From assembly GCA_903850425.1 (NCBI GenBank), contig CAINLR010000183.1:32752-96751 (forward strand): 64,000 nt of DNA, given 5' to 3'. Each line of letters opens with the position of its first letter. Position 1 is the stretch's first letter. Shown here in pieces: positions 17,008 through 24,726 of the stretch. The stretch is from an uncultured Verrucomicrobia subdivision 3 bacterium. Lineage in GTDB: Bacteria > Verrucomicrobiota > Verrucomicrobiia > Limisphaerales > UBA11358. A program made the position numbers and the translations under genes. Under the pieces are notes generated by a model. That model had not been told where the DNA came from, ran no database searches, and was given only the letters and a program-made list of their open reading frames with translations.

Positions 17008-17706
17008 CTATTTTACTTCAAACGCGAAACTCTGCGTAGCACCGCTGTCTTTGACTTCGATTTCGGCCGTCTGCGTGCCGAGTTTGCGGTGCGTGGCTTC
17101 CAGCGTGTATTTGCCGGGCGGGACATCCTTGATGGTGAATTTGCCGTCCGCGCCACTCACGGCAAAATACGGATGATCCATGACCGAGACCCACGCAAAC
17201 ATCCACGGATGCACATCGCATTGAAATTTCAGGAACGGCTCGGGCTTGTCAAACGTGAAGGTCAAATCCGCGCCGCCCGGCATCTGGACCATGTTTTGCG
17301 ACGCATTTTCCTTGGGGACGGTATGCACATTATGCACGCACGGGTCGGAATTTTTCACGATGATTTTCTGGCCGGTCTGCACCGCGAGAATTTGTGGATA
17401 ATAAAGGCAGCCTTTCTGGTCCATGATGAGCGGAGCCGCACTCGCGCCGGTGGACTTGCCGGTAATTCCCTTGAGCGACACCACCACGTCGGCGAGCTCG
17501 CCGCCCGCGCCGACCACATAAAACTTCGTCTTCGGCAAGCCGTTAGGATACATCGCGGAACAGTTCGGGTCGTCTTTGATCGGGGTGAGCTCCTTTTCGG
17601 CCGGCGCGGAGCCTTTGAGGGTGATGCTGCCGGTAATATCCGCCGCGCGGGACAGTTGCAGCGTGCCAAACGCGGCCAGAGTCAGAATTAAAAGAGACTT
17701 TTTCAT
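17008..17706 (-). CDS. Secreted cupredoxin-like protein fused to a carboxypeptidase-regulatory-like beta-sandwich
   Basis: Start at MKKSLLILTLAAFGTLQLSRA (signal peptide). Candidate type-1 Cu ligands are DPCVHNVH ... FQCDVHPWM. The C-terminal SGADGKFTIKDVPPGKYTLEATHRKLG is typical of a CarboxypepD_reg-like fold. It is the first gene of the oxidase operon. Confidence 0.5.
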   Translation of the reverse strand: MKKSLLILTLAAFGTLQLSRAADITGSITLKGSAPAEKELTPIKDDPNCSAMYPNGLPKTKFYVVGAGGELADVVVSLKGITGKSTGASAAPLIMDQKGCLYYPQILAVQTGQKIIVKNSDPCVHNVHTVPKENASQNMVQMPGGADLTFTFDKPEPFLKFQCDVHPWMFAWVSVMDHPYFAVSGADGKFTIKDVPPGKYTLEATHRKLGTQTAEIEVKDSGATQSFAFEVK

Positions 17707-17847
17707 AATTAATTTGTTAAGTGATAAACGGGCAGAAACTAGCATCGCCCCACCCCTCCAGCAAGCGGTTTGTGAATTAATTCACAATGGTTAGCGGGCA
17801 GCAATTCATGCGAAGTTAAAGTCGGTTTTGCCGCAGCCAGGGTTCGG

Positions 17848-18312
17848 CTAGAGGTCTTGCATCACCCGCGCCATGGCCAACGCGGTTTGAGCGGCTTCGG
17901 TGCCGCGGTTGTGCTTCTGGTCCAGGCACCGCTCGCGCGCCTGCTGCTCGTTTTCCAGCAGCAAGACTTCATGGATGACCGGCACCTCATGCTCGATTTG
18001 GATTTGCACCAACGCGGTGCTCACGGCTTCGCCAATATGCTGCGCGTGCGTCGTCGCGCCGCGCAAAATCACGCCGAGGCAGATGATACCTGAAAGTTTT
18101 GGCGAACTGGTGCGCGCGAGTCTGGCCGCAACTACCGGAATTTCATACGCGCCCGGCACGCGCACGACTTGCACTTGGCCGCCGGCGCGGATGATTTCCG
18201 CTTTCGCCGCGCGCAACATGGCGTCCACATAGCGCGCATTATATTTTGACGCCACGATGGCAAAGGTGCCGCCCGTGAGGTGGATTTTTTTGGTGTTAAC
18301 AGGTTTCAGCAT
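17848..18312 (-). CDS. ribH: 6,7-dimethyl-8-ribityllumazine synthase
   Basis: FAIVASKYNARYVDAMLRAAKAEI, VRVPGAYEIPVVAARLA, and ICLGVILRGATTHAQHIGEAVSTAL. Confidence 0.95.
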   Translation of the reverse strand: MLKPVNTKKIHLTGGTFAIVASKYNARYVDAMLRAAKAEIIRAGGQVQVVRVPGAYEIPVVAARLARTSSPKLSGIICLGVILRGATTHAQHIGEAVSTALVQIQIEHEVPVIHEVLLLENEQQARERCLDQKHNRGTEAAQTALAMARVMQDL

Positions 18313-18373
18313 ACTAAATCAGTTAATCGTGTCGGAGCGGAAATTGTGGTGGTCACACATCAACAATCGTAAA

Positions 18374-19573
18374 TTACAGCAGATGCCCCATCTTCTCACG
18401 CTTGGTTTTCAGGTAGCGCGCGTTGTGCGGATTGGGCTGCACGCGGATCGGCACCTGCTCGACTATTTCCAATCCGTAGCCTTCCAGCCCGACGAGCTTC
18501 TTGGGATTGTTGGTCAGTAGCCGGATGGTTTTCAGGCCGAGATCACAGAGGATTTGCGCGCCGAGGCCGTATTCGCGCAGGTCCATGTCGAAGCCGAGTT
18601 TTTCGTTCGCTTCGACCGTGTCGTAGCCCTGCTCCTGCAATTTGTAGGCTTTGATTTTCGGCCCGAGCCCGATGCCGCGTCCTTCCTGCCGCATGTAAAG
18701 CACCACGCCGCAGCCGGCGTCGGCCACCAACTGCATGGCGCGATGGAGTTGTGGTCCGCAGTCACAACGGCGGGAGCCGAAGACGTCGCCGGTGAGACAT
18801 TCGCTGTGGACACGCACCAGCACATTTTTTTTGCCGATGATTTCTCCACGCACGAGAGCAAGATGATGCTGGCCGTCAATCTTGGAACGATACAAATGCA
18901 GATCAAAATCACCGAAGTCCGTGGGCATTTTGATGACTTCAATCGGCTCGACGAGTTTTTCGCCGGCGCGGCGGAATTTGATCAACTCCTCGATGGTGCA
19001 AATTTTCAGGCGATGCTTTTTGCCGAACTTCATCAGCTCGGGCAGGCGGGCCATCGCGCCGTCGTCGCGCATGATTTCGCAGATAACACCGATGGGACGG
19101 CAGCCGGCGAGCTTCACGAGATCCACGGCGGCTTCGGTGTGGCCAGCGCGCTGGAGCACGCCGCCAGAGCGGGCGCGCAGCGGGAAAATATGGCCGGGCT
19201 GCACCAGATCATCCGGCACGGCGGTCGGGGAAGACATGACTTCGATGGTTTTGGCGCGGTCGGCGGCGCTGATGCCGCTGCCAATACCGTGGGCAGCATC
19301 CACGCTGACTTGGAAATCGGTGCGGAAACTCTCGCGGTTCTGCTGCACCATGCGATCAATGCCGAGCTGTTGCAGGCGTTCGCCGGTGGTCGGCACACAG
19401 ATGAGGCCGCGCCCGAACTTGGCCATGAAGTTCACGGCCGCCGGCGTGACGTGCTGGCCGGCCATGACGAGGTCGCCCTCGTTCTCGCGGTCGGCGTCGT
19501 CCACGACGATGACCATTTTGCCTTTGCGCAAATCGGTGATGACGGATTCTATGGCATCAAAGCGTGTTTTCAT
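18374..19573 (-). CDS. ribBA: Bifunctional 3,4-dihydroxy-2-butanone-4-phosphate synthase / GTP cyclohydrolase II
   Basis: The DHBP synthase half has [20 protein letters not shown]. The GCH-II half has [24 protein letters not shown] and [11 protein letters not shown]. Confidence 0.95.
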   Translation of the reverse strand: MKTRFDAIESVITDLRKGKMVIVVDDADRENEGDLVMAGQHVTPAAVNFMAKFGRGLICVPTTGERLQQLGIDRMVQQNRESFRTDFQVSVDAAHGIGSGISAADRAKTIEVMSSPTAVPDDLVQPGHIFPLRARSGGVLQRAGHTEAAVDLVKLAGCRPIGVICEIMRDDGAMARLPELMKFGKKHRLKICTIEELIKFRRAGEKLVEPIEVIKMPTDFGDFDLHLYRSKIDGQHHLALVRGEIIGKKNVLVRVHSECLTGDVFGSRRCDCGPQLHRAMQLVADAGCGVVLYMRQEGRGIGLGPKIKAYKLQEQGYDTVEANEKLGFDMDLREYGLGAQILCDLGLKTIRLLTNNPKKLVGLEGYGLEIVEQVPIRVQPNPHNARYLKTKREKMGHLL

Positions 19574-19705
19574 CGGCGAACAGGCTAAGGGCCGCGCGGT
19601 GAAATGTCACCCCATTCGTGGAGCCGATGCAGCGCGGTGTTTTTTGTTGGTTACCGGCCGAAGTTTGACTAAAGTAACGCTTCAGTTAAACCAATTGGTC
19701 TGGCG

Positions 19706-20482
19706 ATGGATGCACGGTGCCGCAAACACAAAATGTCCTCCAATGCACATGAAAAAGCGACCGGTCGCCCCGCCGCGAAGGTGCGCGCCGACACGCCTGA
19801 TTTGCAGGAAAATCTTCGCCGGCTCGACCGGCTGGCCAACCTCGGCCTCGTCGCGGCCAGCGCCGCCCATGAAATCAAAAACGGCCTCGTGGCTGTCAGC
19901 ACGTTCGTCGAACTGGTGGCCGACAAAAGCGATGAGCCGGCGATGGCGGCCATGGTCCGGCGCGAATTGCAGCGGATCAACAAGCTGGTGACCCAGATGC
20001 TGCGTTTCGCCTCGCCCAATCCGGCGGCGCACAGCACGGTCTGCGTGCATGATCTGCTCGACCATTCGCTCCAACTGCTGGAACACCAGCTGGGCGGGCA
20101 GGTGATCGAGGTGAAGCGGGATTATGCCGCCACGCCGGGCAAGGTTCATGGCGACGAATCACAGTTGCAACAGGCGTTCATGAACCTGCTGCTCAATGCG
20201 GTTGAAGCCATCGGCCAGCACGGCGAACTCGCCATCTCCACGCAAACCACCACCGATGGCCAGGGCCGCCGCTGGCTAAACCTCTGCATCCGCGATTCCG
20301 GGCCAGGGATCGCGGCGGAAAATCTGCCGCGCCTGTTCGAGCCTTTTTTCACCACCAAGAAAAACGGGACCGGTTTGGGCCTGGCCATCTGCCGGCGCGC
20401 CATCGAAGACCATCACGGCACGATTGAAATCCAGAGCGAAGCCGGCTGCGGTGCGATCTTCCTCATATCCCTGCCGGCGTAA
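19706..20482 (+). CDS. Soluble histidine kinase (HisKA + HATPase only)
   Basis: No TM or sensory domain in 258 aa. Motifs are H-box AASAAHEIKNGL, N-box LLLNAVEA, and G-boxes IRDSGPGI and GTGLGLAICRRAIEDHHG. Confidence 0.85.
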   Translation: MDARCRKHKMSSNAHEKATGRPAAKVRADTPDLQENLRRLDRLANLGLVAASAAHEIKNGLVAVSTFVELVADKSDEPAMAAMVRRELQRINKLVTQMLRFASPNPAAHSTVCVHDLLDHSLQLLEHQLGGQVIEVKRDYAATPGKVHGDESQLQQAFMNLLLNAVEAIGQHGELAISTQTTTDGQGRRWLNLCIRDSGPGIAAENLPRLFEPFFTTKKNGTGLGLAICRRAIEDHHGTIEIQSEAGCGAIFLISLPA

Positions 20483-20599
20483 TCGTCGGGGGTGCCGTTT
20501 CCGCCATTTTCGGGATAGACACGGGCGCGCCACCCCGCCGTTGCCGTCACCAATGCCGTCAGCCAACTCGTTTCCGCCCCCGTGCCCGTGGAGGAATTT

Positions 20600-21241
20600 C
20601 TAATCCGCCAGCGGCTCCAATTTGGCAATCGCCGCCATGATTTCATCGGCGACCTGCTGATAAATTTCCTTTAGCCGGGGCTTGGAGCAGGTTTTTGCCT
20701 CCGCGCGCAAAGCCTCAAAGTTCATCGGCCGGCCGTATTTCACCATCACGCGATGCGGGCGCGGAATCTTGTGCCGCCGTCCGTAGGCTTCAAATGTTCC
20801 GAACACGCGCACCGGGACCACCGGCGCGGTGGATTTGATCACCGTCAGACCAATGCCCGAACGCGCCGACTGCAGGTTTCCATCGAGTGTCCGCGTGCCT
20901 TCGGGAAACAAAATGATGCCGCCGCCCGCAAGCAGACGGTTGAGAATCTCGCGCAGCCCTTTCGCTCCGCCGCCGCCGTCGCGATCCACCGGCACGGCGT
21001 TCCACGACCGCATCAGCGCGCCAATCACGGGAAAACGGAACAGGCTTTCGCGCCCGATGTAGTTGATGTCGCGCTTCAGGCCGCAACCCACCAGCGGCGG
21101 ATCCAAAATGCTTGCGTGGTTGGCGGCCAGAATGACGCTGCCGGTCAGTGGCACGCGCTCAGGATTGAACACGCGCCAACGGAAATACGTCGCGAACATG
21201 GCGCGAAACGTCAGCCAGGCAATATTGTAGCTGACGTTCAT
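20600..21241 (-). CDS. plsC: 1-acyl-sn-glycerol-3-phosphate acyltransferase
   Basis: HxxxxD motif ANHASILDPP, then ILFPEGTRT. The start overlaps the cmk stop region (21238-21241). Confidence 0.85.
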   Translation of the reverse strand: MNVSYNIAWLTFRAMFATYFRWRVFNPERVPLTGSVILAANHASILDPPLVGCGLKRDINYIGRESLFRFPVIGALMRSWNAVPVDRDGGGGAKGLREILNRLLAGGGIILFPEGTRTLDGNLQSARSGIGLTVIKSTAPVVPVRVFGTFEAYGRRHKIPRPHRVMVKYGRPMNFEALRAEAKTCSKPRLKEIYQQVADEIMAAIAKLEPLAD

Positions 21242-21906
21242 TGGGCCGGCAGCCGGGCGCGGATTTCTTTCAACAGTAGGCCGCTGGTCTGCTCGGAAGT
21301 CAGGTGCGAATTATTGATCACCTTGGCGCCGAGGGCGATCATCAGCGGCGCGCTGGCCCGCTGGCTGTCGCGCTGGTCCCGCGCCGCGAGATTTTCGTTC
21401 ACGCCGTCGGCCGCGCGGCGGGCCGTCCGTTCCTCCAGCTTGGCGTCGAGGTAAAATTTATAATCCGTCTCGGGGAAAACATTCGTGCCGATGTCGCGGC
21501 CTTCCATCACCAGATCGCCAAACTGGATGCACTCGCGCTGCTTTTTCTTCATCCAGTCGCGCACCTTGGGCACGGCGGCGATGAGCGACGTGGCCCCGCT
21601 GACTTCCGCCGTGCGGATTTCATTGTCCGGAAAATAGCCGTCCACCAGCAAATGCACCGCGCGCAAATGGCTTTTCACCTCGACGCATTCGAAGGAGGTT
21701 TTCCATTTGCGGCACGCAGCGGCGACCGCCTTGGCGTCGTGGATGTCCACGCTTTTTTGGAGACAATACCAGGCGAGCGTGCGATACATCGCGCCCGTGT
21801 CCACATAGACATAGCCGAGCGCCTTGGCCACGAGCTTGGCGTTCGTGCTCTTGCCGCTGGCGCTCGTGCCGTCAATCGCAATGACAATGGGATATTTCGT
21901 TTTCAA
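21238..21906 (-). CDS. cmk: Cytidylate kinase
   Basis: P-loop IAIDGTSASGKST, then YVDTGAMYRTLAW. Confidence 0.9.
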   Translation of the reverse strand: MKTKYPIVIAIDGTSASGKSTNAKLVAKALGYVYVDTGAMYRTLAWYCLQKSVDIHDAKAVAAACRKWKTSFECVEVKSHLRAVHLLVDGYFPDNEIRTAEVSGATSLIAAVPKVRDWMKKKQRECIQFGDLVMEGRDIGTNVFPETDYKFYLDAKLEERTARRAADGVNENLAARDQRDSQRASAPLMIALGAKVINNSHLTSEQTSGLLLKEIRARLPAQ

Positions 21907-21915
21907 AATAAATTT

Positions 21916-21966
21916 TGTAGCGGCGGACCGTGACCGCCCAAGCGACGCTCACAGAGCGCCGCTACA
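21916..21966. repeat. Intergenic GC-rich hairpin (10-bp perfect stem)
   Basis: tgtagcggcg (21916-21925) is complementary to cgccgctaca (21957-21966), with a 31-nt loop. It lies between the aroA stop (21970) and the cmk start (21906) on the minus strand. Confidence 0.6.
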
Positions 21967-21969
21967 GCT

Positions 21970-23475
21970 TTAATCCGCGAACAAATCGTCGCCGCTCAAC
22001 TTCCGCGTGCGCTGGCCGTTTTTGATTTCCCAAATCTCCGCGCCCAGGCCGTGCGGCGGCGCGGCGGCGAGCTTTTGGAAAAAATTCGGGAATGTCTTCT
22101 TCACGCAGGCAGGATTGTTAATTTTTATGCCGGGAACTTTCAATCCCAGAATGGCAAAACACATCGCCATGCGATGGTCGTTGTAGGTCTCAATCTCCGC
22201 GCCGTGCAATGACGAAGGCCAAACTGTCAGCGTGTCGCCTTCCTCGACCACTTTCGCGCCGCATTTGGTTAACTCTGTTTTTAAAGAATAGACGCGCTCA
22301 CATTCCTGGACGCGCAAGCGGCCAAGGTCGGTGAATTTAACTGGTTGATTATTGAATGGCGCAAGCGTGATTGCAGTCATGATGCTATCGCCCAAATCAT
22401 GAGAGCGCGAGATTTCAACCGGAATCGGACCGGTTCCCCATCGAACAAAAATTGTGAAATCAGCATCAATCTGCCACTGACTATCAGGCCACATAGAAAC
22501 CACAACCCGGCTTTCTCGGGAGCACATTTTCAGCAATTCATCCCTCAGCAATTTCCTTTCAAATTTCAACCGCAATCCTTCAATTTCTTCCTGTAGATTC
22601 CTCTTTTCATCTGAACTTGTGGGAAACAACCAACCCGCACCCCAAAAATAACTCCCGCTGCTCGCGTCCGGCTCGATTTGAAACGTGCCGCCTTGCTTTG
22701 GAAAAACTTCCACCAGTTTTGAAGTCATCGCCACATACGGCGATTCGTCTGCGTTCTCGCCGACGATTTCAATCTGCCAGTGGCTAATACCCGCGCTCAA
22801 CAGCAGCGCCGACGCAAACTGCGAGCTTTCCTCAATGCTGACTTTGCACGAGCGCTCAGGCCGGAGCGCGGGTCTGTGATCCGCAGCAGCTTCGCTTGAA
22901 ACGATAACTTCAGAAGCAAGAGACGCCTTTGCGTTTTCGGAGGTGCTGCGGGTCAAAGACCCGCGCTCCGCGCCATAAATCCGCGCCGGTAATTTGTCGT
23001 TATCAAATTCCGATTCGACGCGATAGCCGAGCTCGCGCAACGCCGCAAACAGCGCCGCCTGGGGACGTTCATGCATCCGCGGCACGCCGTGCAAGCGATA
23101 CACTCCGCTGCCCAGACACAAAAATGGAGCCAGAAATCGCGCCGCCGTGCCGGCATTGCCCACGAATAATTCCAGTGGCCCTGTCTCCGTGCCGCCGGGC
23201 GGCACCGCGCCGCTGTTGCCATAGACCGTGATGGTGCGGTTGCACGCCTCGCCCGGGTCCGGCCCCACGTTTACCATGAAGCCGAGTTCCTGCAAACACG
23301 CGACCATGATCTGGGTGTCCTCGCTCCAGAGCGCGCCTTGGAGCGTCACTTCGCCCTCGGCCAGCGCCGCCAGAATCAGCGCGCGGTTCGTGATGCTTTT
23401 CGAACCGGGCACGGTGATCTCCGCGCGCACCGGCGCGGTGAGCGGCACAATTTCGATGAGGTCGGGCAAAGCCAT
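21970..23475 (-). CDS. aroA: 3-phosphoshikimate 1-carboxyvinyltransferase (EPSP synthase), unusually long
   Basis: VPGSKSITNRALILAALAEGEVTLQGAL, ASSGSYFWGAG, LRVQECERV and NDHRMAMCFAILGL. At 501 aa it is longer than the roughly 430-450 aa I recall as typical. Confidence 0.9.
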   Translation of the reverse strand: MALPDLIEIVPLTAPVRAEITVPGSKSITNRALILAALAEGEVTLQGALWSEDTQIMVACLQELGFMVNVGPDPGEACNRTITVYGNSGAVPPGGTETGPLELFVGNAGTAARFLAPFLCLGSGVYRLHGVPRMHERPQAALFAALRELGYRVESEFDNDKLPARIYGAERGSLTRSTSENAKASLASEVIVSSEAAADHRPALRPERSCKVSIEESSQFASALLLSAGISHWQIEIVGENADESPYVAMTSKLVEVFPKQGGTFQIEPDASSGSYFWGAGWLFPTSSDEKRNLQEEIEGLRLKFERKLLRDELLKMCSRESRVVVSMWPDSQWQIDADFTIFVRWGTGPIPVEISRSHDLGDSIMTAITLAPFNNQPVKFTDLGRLRVQECERVYSLKTELTKCGAKVVEEGDTLTVWPSSLHGAEIETYNDHRMAMCFAILGLKVPGIKINNPACVKKTFPNFFQKLAAAPPHGLGAEIWEIKNGQRTRKLSGDDLFAD

Positions 23476-23498
23476 GTATTAAAATGTCGCGCGAAGGC

Positions 23499-23546
23499 CG
23501 CGCAGTTGGCGAAGGCAAAGAAATAATTCCCTTCGCGACCTGCGCG
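23499..23546. repeat. Intergenic two-segment hairpin between tyrA and aroA
   Basis: cgcgcag (23499-23505) pairs with ctgcgcg (23540-23546), and gcgaagg (23509-23515) pairs with ccttcgc (23530-23536). There is a 3x3 internal loop and a 14-nt apical loop. Confidence 0.45.
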
Positions 23547-23564
23547 CGATTCTGGAACAGGTTT

Positions 23565-24509
23565 TCATTCGGATGAAGTTGAAGCCAGACACGCGCACCA
23601 GTTGTCGCGGCGCTGCTTGGCGGTTGCAAAAAAAATTTCGACGGCTTTGGCGTCACCGCTTTTGAGCGCAGTTTGGAATTTTTTAAATTTGTTCACAAAC
23701 GCGTCGAGCGAGCGGGAAAGGTTTTTGCGGTTGGCCAGCGCGATGTCGCGCCACATCTCCGGCGAACCGGAGGCGATGCGCGTGGTGTCGCGGAAACCCG
23801 TGGCGCAGAGTCTGACCTGCGCCTTCGGCTGCTTTGGGTCCAACACCAGGTTCGCCAGCGTCGCCGCGACGACGTGCGGCAGATGACTCGATCGGCTCAC
23901 GAGCAAATCATGTTCGCCCGCGGCGAGGCAATGCGTGCGTGCGCCCAGGGATTTCCAAAATTGCTCCAGCTGGCGGACGGCTGCCGCATTGGATTTTTTC
24001 GTCGGCGTGACGATGCAGACGGCGTGCTCGAATAAATCCGCCCGCGCGGCGACCACGCCCATCTTTTCGCCGCCGGCCATCGGATGACTGCCCACAAAAT
24101 GCGCTCCGGATTTGGCGATGCCTGATTCGAGTTCGCGCACCACATCCGCTTTCACGCTGCCCACGTCGGTAACGATCGCGTCGGATTTGAGTGCGGGAAT
24201 AATTTGTTGCGCGAGCGCCCGCATCTGCGCCAGCGGCGTGCAAAGGATGACGAGGTCAGCATTCGAAACGGCGGCGAGCAGATCGGTGGTGGCATAATCC
24301 ACCGCGCCGGCCCGTTCGCAATCTTTCAGACTCGCGGCCCGCCGGACAAACCCGGCCACCTCACGCGCCAGCTTGCGGTCTTTGACCGCCAGCCCGATGG
24401 AGCCGCCGAGCAATCCGACACCAACGATGGTTATTTTCTGAAACTGCACGCCGGTCAGGATAGCGGAAGCGACTTTCTTGACAAACCTCGAAATGCACAA
24501 AATACACAC
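23565..24509 (-). CDS. tyrA: Prephenate dehydrogenase
   Basis: Rossmann motif KITIVGVGLLGGSIGLA, then FVGSHPMAGGE. The true start may be the GTG at 24449 (VQFQKITIVG) rather than the listed ATG at 24509. Confidence 0.85.
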   Translation of the reverse strand: MCILCISRFVKKVASAILTGVQFQKITIVGVGLLGGSIGLAVKDRKLAREVAGFVRRAASLKDCERAGAVDYATTDLLAAVSNADLVILCTPLAQMRALAQQIIPALKSDAIVTDVGSVKADVVRELESGIAKSGAHFVGSHPMAGGEKMGVVAARADLFEHAVCIVTPTKKSNAAAVRQLEQFWKSLGARTHCLAAGEHDLLVSRSSHLPHVVAATLANLVLDPKQPKAQVRLCATGFRDTTRIASGSPEMWRDIALANRKNLSRSLDAFVNKFKKFQTALKSGDAKAVEIFFATAKQRRDNWCACLASTSSE

Positions 24510-24726
24510 CCGTGAAAATTCTTTCGTGTCGTTGGCGGATGCGCGCGGCGAATCTCAGCCACTTGGAACCAAGTGCCCCACGCGCAGCCCGGCGCACCCT
24601 CGTTCGCTTCAGCGGCGTTATCCACATTGCCACCAAGCGTTAAAACGGCTCGATCGCAATGGCGCTGCGGCACACCGGGCTGAAGCCCGGCGCTAATGAT
24701 AAGTTGAACTTTAAATCGCATTAGAA

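Noticed and set aside
19574-19705. Possible FMN (RFN) riboswitch in the 130-nt leader upstream of ribBA on the minus strand.
   Set aside because: I read the reverse complement (…ggctccacgaatggggtgacatttcaccgcgcggcccttagcc…). I could not find the conserved RFN core segments that I recall (a GGTGAAATTCC-type motif, ACCGGCGGT, CCGACAGT, AGTCTGGATG-type boxes). The leader is also too short for the multi-stem element. An Rfam RF00050 covariance-model scan would settle it.
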